The notes beneath the pieces were generated by a model, which was given only the letters and a program-made list of their open reading frames with translations, was not told where the DNA came from and searched no databases. A program made the translations under genes and the position numbers. A stretch of 50,738 bases of DNA from Burkholderiales bacterium. GTDB taxonomy: Bacteria > Pseudomonadota > Gammaproteobacteria > Burkholderiales > Burkholderiaceae_D. Positions 1-9,085 of this stretch are shown here, piece after piece (positions within the stretch are counted from its first letter, which is position 1; every line of letters starts with the position of its first letter). Location: assembly GCA_038245975.1 (NCBI GenBank), contig JBBRRW010000001.1, forward strand, positions 1 through 50,738, read 5' to 3'.

Positions 1-137
1 CTGGCCCGCATCGGCAAGCACAAGGCCGGCAAGGGCTCTGCCTGTACGTGAACCGCCTGGCCGACATCGACGTCCTCGCGGAACTGATCGCGCTCGCGGT
101 GCGGGAGATCGGGGAACGACGCGACGTGGCGCCCTGA
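1..137 (+). pseudogene. 3' part of a DUF1801-family gene with a frameshift (runs off the window edge)
   Basis: Frame 1 reads LARIGKHKAGKG, then after a shift at nt 37-38 reads CLYVNRLADIDVLAELI to TGA at 135-137. This resembles the DUF1801 C-terminal motif LGKHKxGKxCLYxxxLxDxD. Confidence 0.6.
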
Positions 138-140
138 GCG

Positions 141-230
141 ATGAGCGCGAGCGACACGTCCGTCGTGGCCGATGCGTTCCTGGCGCCGCTCGATCAACCG
201 CACAAGGCCGAGATCGCGGCGATCTCATCA
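141..230 (+). pseudogene. N-terminal remnant of a second DUF1801-like gene
   Basis: MSASDTSVVADAFLAPLDQPHKAEIAAI resembles the V-D-x-F-x-x-x-L-D-H-P-x-K-x-E-I start of DUF1801 proteins, then recognisable sequence is lost. Confidence 0.4.
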
Positions 231-274
231 TGCGGCAGTGGTCACGATGCCCCACGACCCCCGAAAGGACTGCG

Positions 275-706
275 ATGGTTCCTGTGGCGACGCCCGATCA
301 GCGCCTGTTCACGTTCGTCGGCGCGCCGGCCGGCCCGAGGCGCGTCGATCGCATCGACGCGATCCCGCTTGACGAACGACGCGACATCTTCATGGCGCAG
401 TCCCGGCACTGCGCCATCGGCCTGCGTGACCTGCCCGCCGCCGTGCGGCGCCTGCATCATTGCCGCGACCTCGGCCCGGACCAGCCTTTCGACTTCCTCA
501 CCTGGTTCGAATACGCACCGGCCGAGGCGACGGCGACCGCCGACGCGGCGACCCTGCTGTGGCCGACGGCGTGGATCGGCAACGCGCGGGCGCTGGCCTT
601 CTATCCACGTCGCGGCTACGACGGCGTCGGCGCCACGTCCTACGTGTTCGAGGGCGAGCAGCACGAGACCCGCGTCTTCGCGAAGCGCTTGCCGGACCGG
701 GCGTGA
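275..706 (+). pseudogene. Chimeric remnant ORF: chlorite dismutase-like fragments fused to a GNAT acetyltransferase C-terminus
   Basis: RLFTFVG and ERRDIFMAQSRHCAIGLRDLP..RRLHHCRDLGPDQPFDFLTWFEY resemble Cld-like family motifs with the middle missing. LW.TAWIGNARALAFYPRRGY..VGAT.Y.FEGEQHE.RVFAKRL is a GNAT motif B/C-terminus. Confidence 0.55.
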
Positions 707-840
707 CGCCGGTCTCGCCGAGGCGTGCAGCGCCGGTCGCGGCGGCCGGGCGCTCGCTTCGCCCGATCCGCTAACATCGTCCACTGCCTGGCATGTCGCG
801 GGGCGCGCCGTCCCCTCTATCGCCTCATCGCTCCGACCCC

Positions 841-3102
841 ATGCCTCTCGCTCGCAAGTCCGCCCTCCTCCATCGCGCGCTGCTCGCCGCGACGCTCGGC
901 CTGCTCGTCCCTCCCGTGGAAGCCCAGATGAATGCGACGACCCCTGCTTCGGCAAGCACGAGCACGGTCTATCCGGAAAGCACCAAGCGGCCGGTGACCG
1001 ACACGTACACGGGCACGGCCGGGTCGCGCAAGGTCGCCGAGGATTACCGCTGGCTCGAGTCGCTCGACGACCCGGCCGTGAAGGACTGGGTCACGTTGCA
1101 GAACACCGCGACGCGCCGCACGCTCGACGCGCTGCCGTCGCGCAGTGCGATCCGCGACGAGTTGCGGCAGCTGATCGGCAGCGCGCCGGTCACGCGGTCG
1201 GCGTTCCGGTCTGCCGGCGGCAAGCTGTTCGCGCTCAAGCGCCAGCCGCCGAAGAACCAGCCGATGCTGGTCGTGCTCGACGGCCCCGACGCACTCGACA
1301 GCGAGCGGGTCGTGGTCGATCCGAACCTGCGCAACGAGAAGGGCACGACCGCCATCGACTGGTTCGTCCCGTCGCACGACGGGAGGCTCGTCGCGGTCTC
1401 GCTGTCCGACAACGGCAGCGAGAAGGGCACGCTGCGCATCTTCGACACCGCGACCGGCGACGAGCGCCCCGACGTGGTCCCGCGCGTGCAGAACCCGACG
1501 GCGGGCGGCAGCGCGGCGTGGAACGCGGACGGCAGCGGCGTCTGGTACACGCGCTATCCCGCGCCGATGGAAAGACCGGTCGGCGACGCAGGCTTCTATC
1601 AGCAGGTGTACTTCCACCAGCTCGGCACGCGGTCGACCTTCGACACGATGGTGCTCGGCGCCGACCTGCCGCGCATCGCCGAGATCAAACTCGACGCGAG
1701 CGACGACGGGCGCTCCGTGCTCGCATCGGTGCGCAACGGCGATGGTGGCGAGGTGGCTTTCTGGCTGCTCGGACCCGACGACCAGTGGCGCCGGCTGGCG
1801 GACTTCAGGGACGGCTATCGCTCGGTGGTCTTCGGCCGCGACGGGAAGCTGTACGCGGTGGCCTCCAAGGGATCGCCGCGCGGGCGCGTCGTCGCGATGA
1901 AGCTCGACGGGGCGACGCTCGCGAAGGCGACGACCGTCGTCGCGCAGTCCGACGCGGTGATCGAGGAGGTCGTCCCGACCGCGACGCGCCTCTACGTCGA
2001 GGTGCTGCTCGGCGGCCCGTCCGAGATCCGCGCGTACACGCTGGCCGGCAAGCCGCTGCCGGCGCCGGCCGTCGAGGCACTTTCCACGGCGACCGTCGGC
2101 GCGCGGCTCGACGGCGACGCGATCCTCTACGGCAACCAGAGCTTCGTCACGCCGTTCGCGTGGTACCGCCTCGACCCGAAGAAGGACGACGGCCGACCGG
2201 TGAAGACCGCGCTGTCGGCGCAGCCCGAGAACCTGGCGCTCGACGAGATCGCGGTGACCCGCATCATGGCGCGCTCGAAGGACGGGACCGAAGTGCCGAT
2301 CAGCGTGGTCGCGCGGAAGGACGTGAAGCTCGACGGCAGCAACCCGACGCTGCTGACCGCGTATGGCGGCTACGGCGTGTCGATGCGACCGCGCTACTCG
2401 CGGCGCACCGTGTTCTGGCTGCGCCACGGCGGTGTCTTCGCGCAGGCCAACCTGCGCGGCGGCGGCGAGTTCGGCGAGGACTGGCATCTGGCGGGCAACC
2501 TGACGAAGAAGCAGAACGTGTTCGACGACTTCGCGGCCGCTGCGCAGACGCTGATCGCACGCGGCTACACCAACCCGAAGAAGCTCGCGATCGAGGGCGG
2601 CAGCAACGGCGGCCTGCTGATGGGCGCCGCACTGGTCCAGCATCCCGAGCTCTACGGCGCGGTCGTCAGCCACGTCGGCATCTACGACATGCTGCGGGTC
2701 GAGCTGACGCCGAACGGCGCGTTCAACGTGACCGAGTTCGGGACCGTCAAGGACCCCGCGCAGTTCGATGCGCTGTACGCGTACTCGCCACTGCATCATG
2801 TCGAGGACGGCAAGGCCTATCCACCGCTGCTGATGACGACCGGCATCAACGACGGTCGCGTCGACCCGTGGCAGAGCCTGAAGATGGCGGCGCGGATGCA
2901 GGCTGCCAACCCGAGGGGCGCGCCGGTGCTGCTGCGTGTCGCCGGCGACGCGGGCCATGGGCAGGGCATGTCGCTGTCGTCGTCGATCGAACTCGACGCG
3001 GACACCTTCGCGTTCATCTTCGACCGCCTCGGCCTGTCGACGACGGTCTCGGCGGTCCCGCCGCAGCCGTCGACCGGACCGGGCCTGCCGCAGACGAAGT
3101 GA
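841..3102 (+). CDS. Secreted prolyl oligopeptidase (peptidase S9A)
   Basis: Signal peptide ending VEA-Q, EDYRWLE N-terminus, beta-propeller region, GGSNGG nucleophile motif, NDGRV and AGHG triad motifs. Alternative start at 793. Confidence 0.93.
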   Translation: MPLARKSALLHRALLAATLGLLVPPVEAQMNATTPASASTSTVYPESTKRPVTDTYTGTAGSRKVAEDYRWLESLDDPAVKDWVTLQNTATRRTLDALPSRSAIRDELRQLIGSAPVTRSAFRSAGGKLFALKRQPPKNQPMLVVLDGPDALDSERVVVDPNLRNEKGTTAIDWFVPSHDGRLVAVSLSDNGSEKGTLRIFDTATGDERPDVVPRVQNPTAGGSAAWNADGSGVWYTRYPAPMERPVGDAGFYQQVYFHQLGTRSTFDTMVLGADLPRIAEIKLDASDDGRSVLASVRNGDGGEVAFWLLGPDDQWRRLADFRDGYRSVVFGRDGKLYAVASKGSPRGRVVAMKLDGATLAKATTVVAQSDAVIEEVVPTATRLYVEVLLGGPSEIRAYTLAGKPLPAPAVEALSTATVGARLDGDAILYGNQSFVTPFAWYRLDPKKDDGRPVKTALSAQPENLALDEIAVTRIMARSKDGTEVPISVVARKDVKLDGSNPTLLTAYGGYGVSMRPRYSRRTVFWLRHGGVFAQANLRGGGEFGEDWHLAGNLTKKQNVFDDFAAAAQTLIARGYTNPKKLAIEGGSNGGLLMGAALVQHPELYGAVVSHVGIYDMLRVELTPNGAFNVTEFGTVKDPAQFDALYAYSPLHHVEDGKAYPPLLMTTGINDGRVDPWQSLKMAARMQAANPRGAPVLLRVAGDAGHGQGMSLSSSIELDADTFAFIFDRLGLSTTVSAVPPQPSTGPGLPQTK

Positions 3103-3196
3103 CGATCGCCGGTCCGCGGACGACGATGGACGCACGCTGATGCGCATGCCCCGTCGCGACGGCAGGAGGGCCGGCAAGACTTCGATGCGTCCGGCG

Positions 3197-3718
3197 ATGA
3201 GTCTCGGCACATCGGTCGCCATCGTCGCCGGCGTGCTCGCGTGCTACGCGGTGGTCGTCGTGTTCGCGTTCCGCCGGGGTGGTTCGCACGGGCTGATCTA
3301 CGCGCTGTTCGCCGCGCCGGTCACGGGTGTGCTGATCGCGCCGGCGGTGATGGCGCTGCTGCCGGCGTACCTCTACTGGGTCAGGGAACGCATCTGGCAC
3401 CGGTGGCAGGGGCGTTACTACGCGTTCGACGATCGCCAGATCCGCGTCGTCGAGGCGCGCGGGCAGTTGTGGTTCTCCAGCGCCGACGTGCACGCGGCGC
3501 TCGGCATCGCGCGACGCCCGGCGTCGGCCGCGGCCTTCCTCGCGGCCGAGCGCCGGCAGGACGACGAGATCGGCGAGGCGCTGTCGAACGCGGGGCTCGC
3601 GCGCCTGCTCGCCCGCAGCACCGATGCGCGGGTGCAGCGCTTCCTGCTGTGGGCCGAGCGCGACGTGAGCCGGCCGTGGCGGAACAAGCAGGACCGCGTC
3701 GCCGGCGGCTGGATCTGA
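3197..3718 (+). CDS. Membrane protein with two N-terminal TM helices and a C-terminal BRO-N-like domain
   Basis: Two hydrophobic segments followed by YAFDDRQIRVVEARGQLWFSSADVHAALG...LSNAGLARLLARSTDARVQRFLLWAERDV. Start could be 3185 or 3140. Confidence 0.7.
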   Translation: MSLGTSVAIVAGVLACYAVVVVFAFRRGGSHGLIYALFAAPVTGVLIAPAVMALLPAYLYWVRERIWHRWQGRYYAFDDRQIRVVEARGQLWFSSADVHAALGIARRPASAAAFLAAERRQDDEIGEALSNAGLARLLARSTDARVQRFLLWAERDVSRPWRNKQDRVAGGWI

Positions 3719-3805
3719 GCCACGGCGCTGCATTACCCTGACGGGCCGCGATCGTTCAGAATCCGGGCGCCCGCGCCTTTCATCCTTTCTTCCGTCCGAG
3801 TCGCC

Positions 3806-5980
3806 ATGCCGCGCTTCATCGAGATTCTTCTTGCCATCGCCATGACCGTTCCCGCATCCCTTTCCGCAGCCGCAGCCGCAGACCTGCCCACCGCCCCGCT
3901 GACCACGGCGCCGCAGCCCGCGAAGAAGCCGTACCTCGTCAAGTCGCCCAACGGCGACCGCAACGACGACTATTACTGGTTGCGCGACGACACGCACAAG
4001 GACCCGGAGATGCTCGCCTACCTGAACGCGGAGAACGCGTGGTTCGCGCAGTACAGCGCGCACTACAAGGCGCTCGAGGACAAGCTCTTCGAGGAGGTCA
4101 AGGGCCGCATCAAGCAGGACGACTCGACGGTGCCCGCGAAGAAGGGCGACTGGTGGTACTACACGCGCTTCGTCGAAGGCAAGGAGTACCCGGTCGTCGC
4201 GCGTCGCAAGAGCGGCGCGACCTACAGCGAAGCGGCGCCCGAAGTCGTGCTGCTCGACGAGAACCAACTGGCGACCGGCCACGACTTCTATCAGGTCGGC
4301 GGCATGGACGTCAGCGCGAGCCAGAAGATGATGGCCTACGCCGAGGACACCGTCGGCCGGCGCCAGTACACGATCCGCTTCAGGAACCTGGAGACGGGCG
4401 AGACCTACGCCGACACGGTGCCCAACGTCAGCGGCGACATGGCCTGGGCGTCCGACGACCGCTCGCTGTTCTATGTCGAGAACGATCCGAAGACACTGCG
4501 CAGCTATCGCGTCAAGAAGCATGTGCTGGGCACCGACGCCAAGGACGACAGCGTGGCCTACGAGGAGAAGGACGAGGCCTACTACACCGGCGTCCATCGC
4601 TCGGAGTCGGAGCAGTTCATCGTCATCAGCCTGTCGTCGACCGAGTCGGACGAGCAGCGCATCTTGCGGGCCGACGCGCCCGACGCGCCGTTCAAGGTGT
4701 TCGCGCCGCGTCGCGTCCGCTTCCATTACCACGCGAGCCACATCGCGACCGGCGGCGAAGGTCCGCGCTGGATCGTGCGCACCGACTGGCAGGCACCGAA
4801 CTACCGACTGATGCAGGTGGCCGAGAAGGCCGTCGGCGACCGCGCCGCGTGGAAGCCGCTGGTGCCGCACAGCGACCAGGTGTTCATCAACGACTTCGGA
4901 CTGTTCGAGAACTACTACGTCATCGACGAGCGCAGCGGCGGGTTGCGCCGCCTGCGGGTGACGCCGTGGCATGGCGGCAAGTCCTTCTACATCGACTCGA
5001 CCGAGCCCGCCTACACCACGTCGATCGGCGCCAACGAGGAGCAGGCCACCGACACGCTGCGCTACAACTACTCGTCGCTGACGACGCCGGCTTCGGTCTT
5101 CGAAGTGAACATGAAGACGGGCGAGAAGACGTTGCTGAAGCAGACCCCGGTCCTCGGCGGCTTCGATGCGAAGAACTACGTGACCGAGCGGGTGTGGGTC
5201 GCCGCGAAGGACGGTGTCCGCGTGCCGGTATCGCTGGTGTATCGCAAGGGCTTCACGAAGAACGGCAGCGCACCGATGCTGCAGTACGGCTACGGCTCGT
5301 ACGGCGCGTCGATGGACCCCAGCTTCCGCTCCAGCATCGTGTCGCTGCTCGATCGCGGCTTCGTCTTCGCGATCGCGCACATCCGCGGCGGCGAGGAGAT
5401 GGGACGCGCGTGGTACGAGACCGGCAAGAAGCTGAAAAAGAAGAACACCTTCACCGACTTCATCGCCGTCACCGAGGCGCTGGTCGCCCAGGGCTATGCC
5501 GCGAAGGACAAGGTCTTCATGGAAGGCGGCAGCGCCGGCGGCCTGCTGATGGGCGCCGTGGTCAACCTGCGACCCGACCTGTATCGCGGCGTGGTCGCGC
5601 AGGTGCCGTTCGTCGACGTCGTCACGACGATGCTCGACGAGAGCATCCCGCTGACCACCAACGAGTTCGACGAGTGGGGCAACCCGAAGCTGAAGAGCTA
5701 CTACGGCTACATGCTGTCGTACTCGCCGTACGACAACGTGAAGAAGCAGGCCTATCCGGCGATGTTCATCTCGACCGGCCTGTTCGATTCGCAGGTGCAG
5801 TACTTCGAGCCGGCCAAATGGGTCGCCAAGCTGCGCGACGACAACACCGGCACGCAGCCGCTTCTGTTCAAGATCAACATGGAGGCCGGACACGGCGGCA
5901 AGTCCGGTCGCTTCCAGCGGCTGCACGAAGTGGCCGAGGAATACGCGTTCATGCTGGATCTGGTGGGCATCGGCGAGTAG
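3806..5980 (+). CDS. ptrB: Oligopeptidase B (protease II, S9A) with signal peptide
   Basis: DDYYWLRDD, YGYGSYG, HIRGGEEMGRAWY, GGSAGG, PLTTNEFDEWGNP, DSQVQYFEPAKWVAKLR and AGHGG motifs. Confidence 0.93.
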   Translation: MPRFIEILLAIAMTVPASLSAAAAADLPTAPLTTAPQPAKKPYLVKSPNGDRNDDYYWLRDDTHKDPEMLAYLNAENAWFAQYSAHYKALEDKLFEEVKGRIKQDDSTVPAKKGDWWYYTRFVEGKEYPVVARRKSGATYSEAAPEVVLLDENQLATGHDFYQVGGMDVSASQKMMAYAEDTVGRRQYTIRFRNLETGETYADTVPNVSGDMAWASDDRSLFYVENDPKTLRSYRVKKHVLGTDAKDDSVAYEEKDEAYYTGVHRSESEQFIVISLSSTESDEQRILRADAPDAPFKVFAPRRVRFHYHASHIATGGEGPRWIVRTDWQAPNYRLMQVAEKAVGDRAAWKPLVPHSDQVFINDFGLFENYYVIDERSGGLRRLRVTPWHGGKSFYIDSTEPAYTTSIGANEEQATDTLRYNYSSLTTPASVFEVNMKTGEKTLLKQTPVLGGFDAKNYVTERVWVAAKDGVRVPVSLVYRKGFTKNGSAPMLQYGYGSYGASMDPSFRSSIVSLLDRGFVFAIAHIRGGEEMGRAWYETGKKLKKKNTFTDFIAVTEALVAQGYAAKDKVFMEGGSAGGLLMGAVVNLRPDLYRGVVAQVPFVDVVTTMLDESIPLTTNEFDEWGNPKLKSYYGYMLSYSPYDNVKKQAYPAMFISTGLFDSQVQYFEPAKWVAKLRDDNTGTQPLLFKINMEAGHGGKSGRFQRLHEVAEEYAFMLDLVGIGE

Positions 5981-6064
5981 CGACGTTGGACGGACGCTGG
6001 CAAACCGGAATCGGCGGGTAGCGGACCACTCGCGATATCGGCTGCCGGGGACTCGGAGGGCATC

Positions 6065-6283
6065 ATGGAATCCCCGTTGGACGGTCGTGATCCGGAGATC
6101 ATGAGCGGCGCGCTTTGCTTCGCGGGGACTCGCGTGCCGGTCAAGAACCTCCGCGATTATCTGGAGGGCAATTCATCGCTGGAAGACTTCCTCGAAGACT
6201 TCCCGTCGGTACCGAAGGAACGTGCGGTGGCCGTTCTGGAGGCGGCGCACCAACGGCTGGTTGCGCATGCGGCTTCTTCTTGA
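6065..6283 (+). CDS. DUF433 (VapB45-like) antitoxin
   Basis: DPEIMSGALCFAGTRVPV..L.DYLE...SLEDFLEDFPSV is a DUF433 signature. GGAGG RBS upstream. Confidence 0.85.
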   Translation: MESPLDGRDPEIMSGALCFAGTRVPVKNLRDYLEGNSSLEDFLEDFPSVPKERAVAVLEAAHQRLVAHAASS

Positions 6284-6410
6284 CGAGTCCGTCCCGGCGA
6301 AGCTGCGTTTCTCGTTGCCGGACCACGCGGTTCGAACCCATCGGGCAATCTACTTCGTGCCGACGCTCAAGGCTCTTGGGGATCGCCTTTCGAAGCCGCG
6401 TGGACCGTGA
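6267..6410 (+). pseudogene. Truncated DUF5615/PIN-like (VapC45-like) toxin
   Basis: MRLLLDESVP..LR..LP.H.VRT start overlaps the antitoxin stop. It is only 47 aa and lacks the central segment carrying the other PIN acidic residues. Confidence 0.7.
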
Positions 6411-6846
6411 CGTCGACCGTCGCGTGGACGGTGCGATGACTCGCGTACGCGACGTCGAACGACAGCCGGTCGTGGCCGACATAGTCCGCGTCGGGCACGT
6501 AGTAGACGTTCATGCCTTCGAGCTTCGCGCCCGCGCACGATTTGCTGCCGACCCAGTTGTCGCCGATCGTGACCGTGCCCGGACGTTGCTCGACCCGGCC
6601 GCGGACCGGGGCGTCGACGACGGTGATGGTCTGCACGTGGCGCAGCGTGCAGTCGGCGTTGAACTCGGCGAAGCCGCGCAGCAGCACCCCGCGGCCGGTC
6701 GGCGTGCGGCGCCTCAGTTCTTCGTCCGCGTTCGCGCTGCGTTCGGTCGCGCCGAGCGCGGCGAGGACCAGTCCCGCGACCACGACCACGCGGAAGCGGA
6801 ACGGCAGCGTCGAACGCTTCGCCGGCACGCCCAGCAACCCGGACAT
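6367..6846 (-). CDS. Secreted hypothetical protein with an Ig/cadherin-like beta motif
   Basis: Signal-like hydrophobic N-terminus, a Cys pair, and VYYVPDADYVGHDRLSFDV (Y.P..x.x.G.D.x.x motif). Confidence 0.6.
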   Translation of the reverse strand: MSGLLGVPAKRSTLPFRFRVVVVAGLVLAALGATERSANADEELRRRTPTGRGVLLRGFAEFNADCTLRHVQTITVVDAPVRGRVEQRPGTVTIGDNWVGSKSCAGAKLEGMNVYYVPDADYVGHDRLSFDVAYASHRTVHATVDVTVHAASKGDPQEP

Positions 6847-6880
6847 GGCGGCACCCGACCGGCGTGACGGGACCGCGACG

Positions 6881-8122
6881 TTATGCACGAGACCTGCGGC
6901 GCCGCGCGGCGCCACCCATCACGACCAGCCCGCCCAGCATCAACGCGAGCGTCTCCGGCTCCGGGACCGCGCCGACCTCGATCGCCGCGATGCGCTGCAG
7001 GACGAGGGCGTCGGCCACGCTGATGCCGAGGTCGCGCGCGGCCTGGTCGCCGGCGCCGAGCAACCGCGGATTGAGCCCGGTGATGATGCCGAACTGCACC
7101 AGCGCGTCAAGATAGGAGCCGTACTTGCTCGCGTGCAGGTAGTCGTTCCACCACAGGTTCATCACGTCGCCCGGCAGCTCCGGCGTGAAGACGCCGTTGA
7201 CGTCGTAGAAGCCGTTGGTCTTGACAAGGCCGTTGTCGAACGCGAACTGGAATGCGTCGCCGACCGGGATGACGCCGGCGAAGTTCGGATTGGCTGCGAG
7301 CTTCGCGAAGAAGTCGGCGTGCAGGTCCGCGGTCATCGCGGCCAGCGTCGGGTAGTAGAGCGTCTCGGGCGTACCGGCCGCGCCGCCGGCAAGCGTGGTG
7401 TTGACGATCGGGCTGCCGGTCGGCGACGTGGTGTCGGGCTTGGTGATCTCGTGCGCGTAGACCATGTCGGGTCGCGCCCAGGTCTCGGTCAGGTAGACCT
7501 TGGTGCTCGCATTCGCGTTCGGGTTCGCCGCGATGTTGCGCATCGTGCCGCAGCCACCGGCGGACAGGCCCGTCGCCATGCAGGCGGCGAGCGAGCCGAA
7601 CAGGTCCGTCTCCTTGTAGCTCTGCGCGGCGCCGTTGTGGATGAACTTCTCGAACTGGTCGGCGTACGCGTTGAAGGTCGCGAGGTTGGCGTTCTTGCCT
7701 TTGCCCGCCGGCAGCGCCGCGTCACTCTGCTCCTGCAGCACCACGACGCCCCATTGCTGGGTCGCGACGTTCTCGCGCAGCTTCCAGTCGCTGTTCGCGG
7801 CGTCGAGGAACTGGCCGCGCAGCGACGCCGCGTTGCGCGCGGAGATCGACACGTCGTAGTTCAGGCCGACCTCGTCGGTGAACTGTTTGAAGATGCCCGG
7901 CACGCCTCCCCAAGGATGGGGCTCCCACGGATTGGTGCCGGTCGGGTTGACGGCCTGGAAGCCGGCCGTCAGGTCGTGGACCTTGGCCGCGTTGTAGCCC
8001 ATCACGGGGTCGAGTCGCCCGAAGGTGTAGCTGTTGCCGACGAACAGGATCTTGATCGGGTCGGCGTGCGCGGGCGGGCAAAGGCTCGCGGCCGCCAGCG
8101 CCAGAAAGGCGAGGCGTTTCAT
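6881..8122 (-). CDS. PEP-CTERM sorting domain protein with an SGNH/GDSL-like hydrolase domain
   Basis: Signal peptide (AHA-D), ILFVGNSYT block I, VVLQEQS, DYLHAS (DxxH), and C-terminal VPEPETLALMLGGLVVMGGAARRRRSRA. Confidence 0.9.
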   Translation of the reverse strand: MKRLAFLALAAASLCPPAHADPIKILFVGNSYTFGRLDPVMGYNAAKVHDLTAGFQAVNPTGTNPWEPHPWGGVPGIFKQFTDEVGLNYDVSISARNAASLRGQFLDAANSDWKLRENVATQQWGVVVLQEQSDAALPAGKGKNANLATFNAYADQFEKFIHNGAAQSYKETDLFGSLAACMATGLSAGGCGTMRNIAANPNANASTKVYLTETWARPDMVYAHEITKPDTTSPTGSPIVNTTLAGGAAGTPETLYYPTLAAMTADLHADFFAKLAANPNFAGVIPVGDAFQFAFDNGLVKTNGFYDVNGVFTPELPGDVMNLWWNDYLHASKYGSYLDALVQFGIITGLNPRLLGAGDQAARDLGISVADALVLQRIAAIEVGAVPEPETLALMLGGLVVMGGAARRRRSRA

Positions 8123-8269
8123 GATGCGGTCTCCGTCTGTTCTTGTGAACGGCGCGCAGGCAGGTTCGCGCCGCGCCGCAGTATTGCACCGGGTCAGCGC
8201 GGCGTCACTAAGGCGTTTTGCGGAGTGTGGTGCCGCCGTCGCGGGACGGCGCCCCGGCGCACCGGACGC

Positions 8270-9085
8270 TCAGCGGGCGGCGGCCTCGTCGAGGATCCAC
8301 AGCGTGCCGCCGACCGGCTCGACGCGCGCCGCGGGCAATGACCGGTCGCCGTCGAGGACACGTCGCACCATCGCGTGCTTGCCCGCCCCGGCGGCCAGGA
8401 ATACGACCGCGTGCGTGGACGCCAGCGCCGGATAGGTGAGGGTCACGCGGATCGGCGCCGGCGCGTTGGTGGTCCTCGCCGGCACGACCCACGCGCGCTG
8501 CTCGTCGAGCGCGGGTGAGCCGGGGAACAGCGACGCGGTGTGGCCGTCGTCGCCGACCCCCAGCATCACGACGTCGAACAGCGGATGGTCGTCGGACAGC
8601 CGGTCGCTGCCGTGGAAGGCGTGCAGCGTGGTCGCGTACAGTTCGGCGGCGATGCGCGCGCGTTCGAAGGTCGCGTCACCGCCGTCGGTCGGGCTGCCTT
8701 CGTCGCTCGGCACCGGATACACGTGCGAAGCCGGCATGTCGACGTGATCGAGCAGGGCCGCGCGCGTCATCGTGTAGTTGCTCACGGGGTCGCCGGGCGG
8801 GACGAAGCGGTCGTCGCCCCAGAACAGATGCAGCTTGTCCCAGGCGATACGGTCGCGCCACGGATGCTGGGCCAGCAGCGCGAAGACGGCCTTCGGCGTC
8901 GAGCCACCGGACAGACAGACGACCGCGCGTCCGCGTCGTTGCACGGCATGGACGATCTGTTCGATCAGCCATTCGGCCGCGCGTGTCGCGAGCGCTGCCG
9001 CATCGGGGACGACCTCGACGGCGTGGCGATGACGAGCGGGCTTGGGGGACTCGGACGGCGGGTCGAAGCGGTCTTCGTTGCTCAT
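8270..9085 (-). CDS. pgl: 6-phosphogluconolactonase
   Basis: LSGGSTP, FWGDDRFVP..DP.SNY, LGVGDDGHTASLFPG and RVTLT motifs. Confidence 0.93.
   Translation of the reverse strand: MSNEDRFDPPSESPKPARHRHAVEVVPDAAALATRAAEWLIEQIVHAVQRRGRAVVCLSGGSTPKAVFALLAQHPWRDRIAWDKLHLFWGDDRFVPPGDPVSNYTMTRAALLDHVDMPASHVYPVPSDEGSPTDGGDATFERARIAAELYATTLHAFHGSDRLSDDHPLFDVVMLGVGDDGHTASLFPGSPALDEQRAWVVPARTTNAPAPIRVTLTYPALASTHAVVFLAAGAGKHAMVRRVLDGDRSLPAARVEPVGGTLWILDEAAAR

Noticed and set aside
141-3140. 999-aa ORF overlapping the prolyl oligopeptidase
   Set aside because: Arg/Pro/Ala-rich alternative-frame read-through typical of high-GC DNA. Only the first ~30 codons look like a real gene remnant.
3014-5926. 970-aa antisense ORF, and similar long antisense ORFs at 17644-20055, 28543-31017, 31014-33782 and 42107-44902
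   Set aside because: Shadow ORFs opposite well-supported genes, caused by GC-rich codon bias. They have no recognisable motifs.
5997-6052. GGCAAACC-containing segment resembling a c-di-GMP-I riboswitch start
   Set aside because: It lacks the GNRA tetraloop and the following GACGCAAA and P2 pattern, and lies upstream of an antitoxin.
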